Shown piece after piece: positions 51,647-63,039 of a DNA stretch of 64,000 nucleotides. Each line of letters opens with the position of its first letter. Position 1 is the first letter of the stretch. The notes beneath the pieces are model-generated. The model was given only the letters and a program-made list of their open reading frames with translations. It was not told the origin of the DNA and did no database searches. Origin of the DNA: Vicugna vicugna (taxonomy: Eukaryota); assembly GCA_013265495.1 (NCBI GenBank), contig MU058844.1, forward strand, positions 11,182,184-11,246,183, written 5' to 3'. A program made the translations under genes and the position numbers.

Positions 51647-52424
51647 TAAGAGGTGGTGAGTATGTTCCCAGTTAAGTGTTCTCTTCCTCAGACACATGAA
51701 CAAAACCAAACCAGACTTTTGGTCGGAAGCATGAAAGAGGTGTTTAGCGTGGCAGTGCGGCCAAGCTGGGACCGGCTGAGAGTGCAGCTGGGCCCAGCTG
51801 GGTGTTGTCAGGGGCGGTGGAAGTGAGAGAGCGCGGTGGGAGTGGGGAGGAGACATGGCCACGGTGTTTCTGAAAGCCTGTTTATCTTTCTTGTCGTGGA
51901 GTCGATTTGCTCTATCTACCTCGTATTTTCATGTTAGATTTGAAAATAAAGATTATTTAAGGTAAAAAAAGCCTCTACAGCTTCATGAAGGGGCCTTAAG
52001 TATTGTAAGAGAGAATCGGCACTACTTTGGAAAAGATCAGTAAGTCTTTAATATTTGGGAGGAAAGGGAATGAACAAGATCACATTTCTGAAAAGGTGGG
52101 GTTTGTGACTGATTCACCTTAATTCTTCAGTATCTAAGTATAGCCCTGCGAAAACAGATGCCTACTAAGAGTTTTCATTTTCAATTATTAGACATCTTAT
52201 ATGGACAAGATAAAGTGAATGGGGATAAACGGGAGACTGGAAAAATGACTTAAAGGGGTTGCAAGAGACCAGTGGTGAACTAACTGAACCTTGGCTAGGG
52301 TGGTGACACTGGGAGAGGCTGTGACTGGTAGGTATCTCAGAAGTGGAACTGACAGGATTAAAAGCTGATAGGCTATCAGAGTCAAGGAAGAGATCACAGA
52401 GGATTCCTAGCTTAGAACCTGGGC
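51647..52424 (-). repeat. Inverted segmental duplication, copy B (likely derived)
   Basis: Its reverse complement aligns to 27492-28261. For example, the chance ORFs read LSLPPPLTTPSWAQLHSQ here versus LSLPRPLTRCSWAQPHSQ in copy A. Confidence 0.93.
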
Positions 52425-52429
52425 TTCAA

Positions 52430-54240
52430 AAAGTATTTTGAAATGAGTGAATTAGAAAATAAATATCAAAATGTATTTAATTCAGCTAAAATCGTATCTA
52501 GAGAAAACTTCTATTTATAAGCACTTATATAAGAAAATATGAAAGGTCTAAGATTTATAATCTAACTCCCCTTAACTATAACATAGAGAAAGAAAAGCAA
52601 GAGAAGCAATAAAACAGAAAACAAAACAGAAAAATAAACGAAACCTAAAGTTGCTTCTTTGAAAGAGCAAAAAATTACTATATCTCTAGCCATACAAAAA
52701 AAAAAAAGAGAGAGAGGAAATATGAATTACAATATCAGAAACGAAAAGGGAAGCTCTCCCTACAAATCTTACAGATGTTAAAAAAGTATAACAGGAAAAT
52801 AGTTTCATCAACCTTATGCCAACAATTTTGTCAATTTAAGTGAAAAAAACCCACAAAATCTCTGAAAGATACAAACTACCAATGTTCATTCAAGAAGAAA
52901 TAGATAACCTATATGAGCCTGTATCCCTTAAATAAGTCAGCTGCATAGTTAAAAGCTTTCCCACATTGAACCCCAGGCCGAGATGCCTTCACCGGTGATT
53001 TCTACCAAACATTTAAAGGAGGAGAGGATACCAAATCTACACACACTTCTCCACAAAACACAGGAGGAGGGGTGATCTTCCAACTAAAATCTCTCAAAGA
53101 CATTACAGGAAAAGAAAACAGGAGAACAATATATCCTCCCTGAACACAGATGCAAAACCCTTAACAAATTACTAACAAACTGAATTCAGCAAAATATGAA
53201 AAGGGTAATATATTATGTCTAAATAAGTTTATTACAGGAATGCAAGGTTGTTTAACATTCAAAATCCAATCAAAATAAATTTACCATACGAGCATTATAA
53301 AAAAGTCTTACGCATTTCTAAAGAGGATCATATACTAAAAAGCCGTTTGATAAAATTCAATACCTAAGATAAACTTCTCAGTAAGCCAGGAATATAAGAA
53401 ACTTCTTCAATCTAAGAAAGGATATCTATGAAAACTAGAGCTAACATCATTCTTAAATGTGAAATACTGAATGTTTTTCCCCTAAAATCAAGAATAAGGA
53501 ATGGTATCTTATTCTTACCATTTCTATTCAACATTGTTCTGGGGATCCTATCAAGTGCAATAAAGCAAGAGAAAGAAATGAAAGGCATATAGATTTATAT
53601 GGAAGAAATAAAACTGTCTTAATCTGAAAATAATGTCACATTTGAAGAAACTCCTAGGACATCCACAGAAAGTTACTGGAAACAGTAAGTAAGAACACAG
53701 GATGCAAGGCTGATATACAAAAATCAACTGAATTTCCATTTGTTAGCAAAAACTTATATAAAATGTCATCTATAAATTCTAATAAACAATAAGCAACAAA
53801 TTCTACTAAATATCAAATACCAGCATGAAATAACAAAATACATGAAAAAGTTGTATTTTGAAATTTACAAAAGATTGGTCAGAGAAATTTAAAAAATGGA
53901 GGTATCCATCATGGTTGTGGATTGGGGGACACATTATTGTTAGGAAACTGTTTCTCCTCAAATATATGTCCATATATATATATATATAAATAATGCAATC
54001 CTAATAGAGATTCAATTACTTTTATAGAAATTGACAAAACAATTATAAATTTTATCTGGAAATGTAAAGGACCTGGACATATAAAAACAATTTTAAGAGG
54101 CAGAACAAAATTGGAGGACTTACACTGAACGATTTCAAGACAAGAAAAGGCACAGTGATCAAGATGATGTGTTATTGAGATAAAGAAAGGAACACAGGTC
54201 AGAGGAGAAGAGTTCAGAAACTGACCTATACATATATTGC
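52430..54240 (+). mobile_element. Old L1M ORF2 fragment (~1.8 kb, decayed)
   Basis: ccaggccgagatgccttcaccggtgatttctaccaaacatttaaagga, caggaatgcaaggttgtttaacatt, tctattcaacattgttctgg and ttggaggacttacactg are all L1 ORF2 motifs, with many frameshifts. Confidence 0.88.
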
Positions 54241-54589
54241 TTTATTTTATTTCTGACTCAAAAATACATATATATTTTGTTTTAGCTTTTCTCTTCTGTG
54301 TTTGTACAGAACTGAGGATAGAAGCTACAGAGAATGAGTATTGAATTTAGATAATCATTTTAGGAGGTATCATTTATCTAGATGACTAAATGATTTGCCT
54401 TTACCATTAACTTATAAATCCTTATGTGTGAGGTGACTTCCGATCGAATTCCATTCTTTGCACGTCTCATCTCTCAGGCAAATATCCAATGATGTATTAT
54501 TTCTGGGGTGCTGACCTTCTCATGGAACTTTGGCCACTGGCACTTTTGAATGGCAAGTTGTTAGAAGTTTGGTTTTGTATCATTTGGAA

Positions 54590-54850
54590 GCATCGAGACA
54601 TCAAAGCATTAAGAGTACTGGCGTTGGCATCAGTCAGCCCGGAGAGGGAATCCTGTTTCTTCTGCTTCCTAGAAGTTTGTCCTTGCGGGAGGTGTTTAAT
54701 TTTCCTAAGCCTCATCTGAAACTTGAGGATTCAAACCACAGGTCTCATAAGTTTATTTTGAGAATGAAAAGGGATCTTGAGATCATTCAGATAAAGCACT
54801 GAGGAATGTATATAGTAAATGCTGAATGAATGAGACTTATTTATGATTAT
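54590..54850 (+). mobile_element. MIR SINE
   Basis: attaagagtactggcgttggcatcagtc...ttgtccttgcgggaggtgtttaattttcctaagcctcatctgaaa...gagaatgaaa. Confidence 0.6.
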
Positions 54851-57800
54851 CATTTTATTGCTTTTACTTCTGAAAAATCACCAGGTTCCAATGGGCTTTC
54901 TAGATACGATCACATCCATACCCAGGTCTGTCTATTGCTGTTTCAAACTACATCTACGGAGACGTACTCTGCTTGGGCCAGAGGCTCACCAAGCCACTGC
55001 CAGCTAGCCTAATTGGCGCTTTGGCACTAATTTCAAAAAGCTACACCCTCTTGGGTGACAAATCCCCTAGGAGAGTGCTCATGCCTTGGCAAGCAAACTG
55101 CATGCCGGAACTGACTGTGTATATATATGCTCACTTGTACAGCCAAGTGTGTTTGTACAAGAAGTTCATAAACACCCAGATGCATAGATGGTGTCCCTTG
55201 TGGCACAATGAGACAAAAAGGGGTCAAAGCAAAACCCTGTACTAAGCAAAACCAAAGCAAAAACTCTGCCTCTCTTTGGTTGTATACCCATGCTAAAACC
55301 AAAAGGATTGCTATTCTATTATCATTTGAGCACAGAAATTTTGGTAGGAGGAGGACAAGTTTCTCTGGGGGAAAGGTGTCTGGAAAGTCTAAACTGCTTC
55401 AGAAAGAACATCATGCTGTACACCATGCTGACACATTGTGACTGACCATATATACTGCATAAGAAAAAAAGAAAACAAGAGCTACATCCTCTAACTTCAG
55501 AATGTGGGAGGAGGCCAGGGATTCTCGAAGAAGCACAAGTCCCTCTTGCTTGTTCTTGTACTGAGAGGAGCAGGGCTAGTGAGGGGCATGTCGGAGGAGT
55601 AGAGGGGGACAGGATTCTGAGAGGGACCGCAATGGTAAGAATTTCGTTTTGATGACAATCCATGAAATGTGAAGCACAAATAAAAAGCACAGTATGTGGA
55701 ACGTATCGATGTTAATCTAGATTACAATTTATATTCTGCATGCGATGGTGTCACATATACGTACAGAGCTTCCGTCACGACTAAAACAAATCCTAGATTT
55801 TCACATTTTGCTGTTTCTTAAACAAGATGTGTGCATGATGTTTTAAAAGTCAAAGGAATTATTTTTCCTCAAAAGGTTATTACTTTGATGCATCTTTCAT
55901 CCACTGGTGTCCTAAAATTTAAAAATATAACTACTTTTGAAAAACATTTAAAAAGACCCAAACATACGTCTTTGATTATTGTTTCCATTAGACACAAAAC
56001 TCTTGTCTTAGACTATCTGTATTAAGACCATCGTCCATTGGAGGCACAGCAAACCCGGGATCCAGTGGTTCAGCCCTTATTCTTCTCCCCCGTTTTGAGG
56101 GTGGCTCTGAGGTAGCCCAACACTAGTACTCCAGAGCAGGACTCTCTTAGCCAGACCTGGCTCTCCAAATAAGCTGCAAGTAATACACTCACTGTTTTGC
56201 ATCTGTCCCAGTTGCATTATGATCTGTCCCAGATGACCCCGCTCTTCACTTTTGTTTCTTTATTTTTTTCTTTTTTCCTTCCAAATTGAAAGGAAAATAA
56301 AACTCTCTCCTGCCACTCTGATCCTATCTGATAGCACTACATGGTATTTTGTTCCTCATTACTATCTACCTTGACTTTTTGCTACTATGGCAACCAAACA
56401 CTTACAGCAAAATCCTCGATACCACGTTTCTCATTATCAGTAGATAATCTACATTGTGCACTTTTCCCCCTCCCCATTTCAGGCCTGAACATCTCAATAT
56501 AATCCAACTCATGCTTCTCAAACAGACTCTATTTCTTTTTGTTTTTTAACATCTTTTGAGCAAGCGTAAATCTGTTTGTAAGATGGCATCAAGTTTTTAA
56601 ACAAACATAAGAAAGGAGATTCCTAAATGTGTCCACTTTCTACTCCCAGGAAAGCCAGATCAGTGGCCCAGGGGTCCTTCCGATTTCTAGAAACAAGTAT
56701 TTTGTGGCTTCTGGAAATTATACAACAGGTTTTTATATTTCAATAACATGCTGCCTTTAAAAAACTAGCACTGTAACTTTTTTTTGGTTTTTAGTTCACT
56801 AGGTAACTCCATTCTTCTGCTGTGTGGATGTAAGACCATACCACTTAAAGGTAGGACTCAAGTTTGTTGCAAATAGGAAAACATGTATAATTTTCTACAA
56901 AATTTTACCGCAGTTCAACTGGTTTGTTATTCAGGGTTTTATTTCAATTCTCCAGATGCCACACATCCTGTCTAATCTAAGCTATGACGAAATGACCATT
57001 CATGATGCAGAGTCACGGTGTCCTACCATTTGACCTATAAGCCAGCATTTCAGGAGTTCTCTCTCCAAGAAGTACAACAGTTTATCTTTAACCACAAGGG
57101 AGAGACAAGCAGAATGATGTGAGCTCTCAAGGCAAATAGCCACTTCTGAGAAAATGGTTTATATGGACAAGAGAGATGATTGGATTTTTACAAAGAACTC
57201 TGAAGCCATTTACCATAAAAGAGGAAAAATATAGGGGCACAAGGAAATTGTCATTTAGGTTTATATAATAAAATATAAAGGACAAAGAAGTAACAGACTA
57301 AATTTACACATAAAACAAGGCCAAAAGCATATTCTATATGACCAGGATATGCACACTTCATAATTTTTAATGTTTTCTGAAATTTGGGATAACTTTTAAA
57401 AGGTAGAAAGATATCGTGAATTTTTAAGTATCTATTACATCTGAAAAACACAATTTCTCCAAAGTTTAAATTGAGATTTAGACTAAATAATGCCTGAATA
57501 CCTAGATTTTTTTTTGAAATCAATATTCTAGATGTTTTCTGTACAATGCCACATAACCTGAAGCTTTCAATTATTGTCAGGTATGGAACATTTGTGCGTG
57601 GAAATTTCCTGTCCTATGAGGTCAGGGGTCCACAGCAGAAATCACCATGATCTGGCATACTTAGTGCCAACTTTATTTTTGTCTAGTCTGAAGATCCACT
57701 AGTCTGAGAGATGACCTTCCTTGCCTGTCAAATCCTCCAACATGAATCACCAAGGACTTCAGAGTAATAAATGTGTTTTCGTATCTTCCTTTATTCCAGT

Positions 57801-58114
57801 GTATAATGAAAAATCCTTGCCATGACAAGGTTAATGTTCTTCCTAATAAAAATTTCACTTGAATTATTTTAAGTCATTTTTATGTTGGAAATTTTTGTGT
57901 ATGTTGATGTCAAACCCAGATTTTCTATAGCAATACCAGACATGGTTGTATTGTGATGGGCAAGCGTTGGATTTGAAGACAGAAGGCACAGACACATGAT
58001 TTAGCACAACTCGCTTTCCACTTGCATTTCTTCAAGTGCAAAAGGGTTGCCAGACAGCCTCTAGACGAGTATGGCTTCTCACCACTTCCTCCTTCCCTTG
58101 TTTCACTCTCAAAG

Positions 58115-58206
58115 AGAGAAATACAAATTTGGCGGACCATATTTCCTACCCTGGGATGGGTTGCAGTTGTTACGCGTAGACGTTTCAAAAGGGGCAGAAT
58201 TACAAG
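58115..58206 (+). CDS. Candidate 92-nt internal exon
   Basis: Pyrimidine tract ccacttcctccttcccttgtttcactctcaAAG| and donor CAAG|GTAAAT. Open in phase 2 (EKYKFGGPYFLPWDGLQLLRVDVSKGAELQ) and in phase 0. CpG-retaining unique sequence. Confidence 0.3.
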
Positions 58207-58654
58207 GTAAATAATGATCAGGAAAAAGTGGTCTCTTCTTCTCACTTATTTCAAAGTGACTGAAGGGATAAACTCTAACCATCTTTATTTCTCTCCTTTT
58301 GGGGTCCTTTCTCTCCTGCCCAGTGGCAGGGAATCCTTTCACAAACATGTGCTGGTCAGCAATGATTAGAAAGAGATGACTACAGCTTAATACCCTTACA
58401 AGTGTACCCTTAATGGAGATATCGGCAGGAAAGGAGGAAGGTAGGTAGGGAGATAGATCGATCGATCGATCTTTCTGAGAGTTTGCTAGTGTTTTAGTGC
58501 TAGCCTGGATTTTCCTTTCCCTTTAGCTTGAAGAATTTTCTTCACAGAGGAAAAAAAAGAAAACAAACTGTCAGATCATGGAATTGTGGTTGATAACTGA
58601 GAAAAATGTCACTATATCTGTGAAAGTTTTTGTGATCACTTTGTTTCTACATTT

Positions 58655-58850
58655 TCTTTCAGCTTTATTGAGATATAATTGACATGTCACTCTGTTCAAG
58701 TTTAAGGGCTACAGCATAATGATGTGACTTACACACATCATGAAATTATTATTACACTAAGTTAAGTAAAAAGTTACTGTCTCATAGGTTAAACAAATTA
58801 AAGAAACAGAAAAAATATATTTTTCCTGGTGATGAGAACTCAGGATTTAT
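58655..58850 (-). mobile_element. L1 3' end (L1MA/MB-like), antisense
   Basis: cagctttattgagatataattgaca...gtttaagggctacagcataatgat...gtgatgagaactcaggattta. Confidence 0.8.
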
Positions 58851-59754
58851 TGAGCCCCTACTACATACTAGATTTTTTAGATTTTTTAATATAGTGGTTC
58901 TCATCAAGCTTACAATTTAGAATTGTGTAATATATATACACACACACACATATAAATAAATAAACAAGCATATGATTATGAATCATGTTAATGAAGCTAA
59001 TACACACAGGAAAAGAATAGAAACTGACACTGGAATCCTGCTTAGATAAAGCAGTCCGGGAAAACCACCACGTGGCTATGACACTAGTACCAGGTCTGAA
59101 GGACAGGAGGAGAGAGCCATGCAGAGAGCTGGACAGGAGCAGCCCGGGCGGAGAGGCGTCTAGACCGAAGCTGCAAGGTAAGAAAAGTCTTGAAATAATC
59201 AAGAACCTGAAACACCTATGCAGTTGGAGCAAAATGACCAAGAAGAAAAGTATAGAAAGTGATCTGGGAGATGAAGGCCATGTAAAGGAGTTTCAACTAT
59301 TTCAAATGCAGTGGGAAGCCCTCGAGTATTTCTGAGAGCTCTAATAACTCTGACCACACTGTTTACTTACTCTGATACTAATAACATTGCTGTGTAACTC
59401 CCACAACGACTCCCTACTTCCTCTGAGCAAGCTTGAGCATCTTTACACTGTCTTAAATATCTAAGAGAGACTGAATGAACCACCAGAAAAATACTGTGTT
59501 ATCTCTACCATTCATTGGTCTACCATAAAGAAATACTCGACTTTGGTAAGGAATTTAGCAGACTTTTCTTTTTCTGCACTGATGTCACACTCCTTCAGTG
59601 CGTACAACAGAGACATCCATATATTTATGTATGACGTCTAGTATAGAAATATTTAAATTATGATCATATTTTTATTTCCCAGCCATAAGGTCCTAAGACT
59701 TTACTGAATACCAGTCTCTATAGCCTCACTCCTTGTTCAAAGCTCTTAGTAATT

Positions 59755-59918
59755 GTTTTTTTTTTTTTTAACATTTTTTTAGTCATTTTACAATGTGTCA
59801 AATTCCAGGGTAGAGCACAATTTTTCACTTATACATGAAAATATGTATTCATTCATTGCCACATTCTCCTTCGCTGTGAGCCACCACAAGATCCTGCATT
59901 ATATGTCCCTAGGCTACA
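59755..59918 (-). mobile_element. Short young L1 3' tail, antisense
   Basis: Poly(T) then aacattttttagtcattttacaatgtgtcaaattcc, the reverse complement of the same tail type seen at 39880-39933. Confidence 0.8.
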
Positions 59919-62554
59919 CATTCCAGAATGCTAATCAGGGCCTGAATCGGATTCAAACCCTGATTACCGTATTTTCCTGAGTACTGCAACTTACTAGAAG
60001 AATTAGTAAATAGCAGTTATCACTGTTCAATTCAATTCCTCCTAACCGTAATCACAATGAATAAGACATTTTAAACTTCTAAGTAAGCCAAATTTTCTGG
60101 GAGATTTTGTGTTTATCCAAATCTTGAATCAAACTGCAGAGAATTAGCTTTCCTAAAGTTCTTTCCCAGACTGAAAAGTGGAAAAAACATCTAAAGAGTT
60201 TACTTGAAATGTCAGAAGAAATTCTCCTAGGAAAGGACAGGTGGAACATGTCTCAGCAGGTTGCAGACCCTACCTAATTGTGACTATGTAATAATAAGTA
60301 TAAAATATAATTAAAAAGCTAAAGTAAGACAAGTAAGAAAAATAAAAGCTTAGAGTGAGGATCAGGAAAATCCCATTTTTTATTGCTACCATCTGATCAC
60401 ATTTCCCATGGAGTATGAAAAACATGAAATACTTAAGCATCTCACTGTAACATTAATAAATGATGCTCCAAACTTTGTCTCCTGAGAGGTCATTCAATCT
60501 TTAGCATTGAATAGTTTTGCTTTTGTCAAATAAAAGCAGATCATTAGATGATTAAATGTGTGTGTGTGCATGCACCCAAGTGAGTGGTTTATTTGTATTT
60601 TGTTTCCAAACCTTCCTGGAATCCTTTTACATAATAGAGGCAGAGTAAAACACATTGCAGTCCCACTGGACCATCCATAATACTCAATATACTACACTTT
60701 TCTAAGAAACCAGGACACCAATAGACTGATTTGAACGGCTGTATTTGACCCCTTTGCAGAACACATCCCCTCAGGCTTCTCTTCATGTAGTCTGTGCTTG
60801 GCTTGCATTTAGCATTTAGCTAGGGCAGGCCTAACCTGCTGAGAATCGGACAGAGAGCACTGTTTTCCACAGCTCTAAGGTTGAAGACTGCCTTAAGAAT
60901 CTTGATTCGGCTTTGACATTTGGACCTCAGGAAAAAGAAGTAAATTTCATATCTTTAGTCCTATCATGAATCATTCGATACTTATCCCTTTGGACCTGGT
61001 CCTAAAGAAGCCTTGAGTTAAAGTCAAAGATAGATGCCTTCCTCACATCTTTCTTGACTGCTTAAAAAAAGAATTATTTCACACAAGAAGTTGTTCAGTT
61101 GAAACAGATCAATAAAATAGCAGCATAACATCCATCTTCGTGTTCAACCAAATTACTACAATAATTAGCATGGGGGACTTAAGAATTCTTTAGATACTTG
61201 TTGTTTTGCTTTAGAGGTCAAGAGAGAAGTATATGAAAGATTTTCATATTCTGAGGCGGGTGGGAGAGTCCTATTTTGTAGTGAACTGACACAGAGGTCA
61301 TCAAAGTTAACTGGCGAAAGATCGCACGTGAAGCTCTGCAGAACAACCTTCTGCCTCCCAGATGGAAAACACACATGAGAAGGGAAACGATCTGCAGCCA
61401 CATGAGGACAATGTTAAGTTCAACAAGTTCAACGATAAGTTGGTTCAATAAGAGAATTCAGCCAGCAGTAAGAAGATTAGAATCTTAAAAAGCCAGAGAG
61501 TAGAGGGGTCATTCAAACAAAGGGAAAATGCACCCCCTATACTGTATATTTATTGTCTGTTTCCTCTGAGAGATCTGAGGGGATTTTCCAGCAAAACCAG
61601 GTACCCTACGTTGATAAAATAGAAAGCAGTTATAGTAAAATTGGAACTTGAAATCTAAATGTATTTTTCTCTTATTAGTAGGTCTAGAGGCTTACTAAGT
61701 TGCTTCAAGTCTGATTTCTAACAACCAGAAATTGGTGGGGGCCTCGGTTAACAACTGCCAACTCCAAGAGAGCTTGATTTGTTTCTGCTGGTACTTAAAG
61801 TTATTATTTCTACCCCAAGGGAAGGCAATTATATAACTCTCTTAACCACACAGAACATATTTTGTCCATAATCGCCTCATATATGGAAGATCTACTTATG
61901 AGGAAGAGAAAGACATTGGTATATTTTTATTTTTATGTAAAAATTGTCTGTCCAATGAATGCCTGATATGCAGTAGGTATCTATGCCAGGCACTCCAGAT
62001 TCAAAGATACGGTCTTATCTATGAGATCACAGTAATGGAGAGTTCTAATTGGCCTGATCTAGTAGCTAGGATCAGGGATTCAGAAAATTCACTCAATATA
62101 ACTTAAGAAGAAGCAGGTTTACAATAAGGATATATTTATCGTTACATGCTCATTATATATAATAAATATCCTTATTAAATATTCTATATATTTGCTATAC
62201 ATATACCCAAGGATACTTTCTTATAGTATACATTTTCTTATAAGTACACGTATATGTCAGGAACTGATGAAGGCAGCCCCCAGAGGGTTCTCTGCTTTGC
62301 TCTCCCCCCATCTTCCTTCCGTCTTCTCTCTAAGCACAGGCTCTTTCATTCCCCCACCTACCAGAGTCTTTATCTTCTATGCTTCTTTCCTACCCTTTCA
62401 AACTTTTAGCTTTTATGAGGCTTTGCATCCATTTACTCAAACAACAAACAGTTCTTAAATATATATAACACATGCAGGCACAGCACATAAAATGTTAAGA
62501 GGAAATTACAGGATATAAAACAGAAATTGCACTGAATACATTAAAAATGACAAG

Positions 62555-63031
62555 CCAAGTATTATTTGAGTTACCTCAGCAGAGGAGAGGACTTCGGTAC
62601 AGAACTGAACTCCACTCCAATAACAAAAGGCAGGAGAGTGTTTAAGCCCTGGGGTCAGCTAGTGGACAAGTACCCGATAACGTTAAGGAGGAAGCTGGTC
62701 AGTGTGATCAGGCCATCTGTGTTTGCGGACTGGTGCTTGTTGAAAGAAGTCAGGCTCCTACCTCCCACAAAGACTGGGGGATAAGCTCTCTTGTTTCTTG
62801 ATGACTGCATTTCAGAGAGATGGCTCCCAGGTCCTTGAGAAAGTCATCCCTTGCTTGTAAAACTGACAATAACCTGAGAGAAAATTTGCATCCCAAAGGG
62901 GCAGAGAAAGAATTTACAGTGGCAAGGTTTCTAAAGAAAAGCCCTTAGAAAAGGGAGGTCAGCAGTCTGTTGTCAGGAACAAGCCTGTCTAAAGTTTGGG
63001 TGAGCCAAGTGGAACATTAAGGTATCAGTCA
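62555..63031 (-). mobile_element. ERV1-class solo LTR (MER31/MER67/LTR54-like)
   Basis: The minus strand begins TGACTGATACCTTAATGTTCC...AAACTTTAGACAGGCTT...TGACCTCCCTTTTCT...AAATTCTTTCTCTGCCCCTTTG. The exact family is uncertain. Confidence 0.7.
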
Positions 63032-63039
63032 AAGGTATA

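Noticed and set aside
59072..59335. GC-rich ORF with donor-like AAG|GTAAGA at ~59177
   Set aside because: It lies in L2-like antisense sequence, with no convincing acceptor and no recognisable protein.
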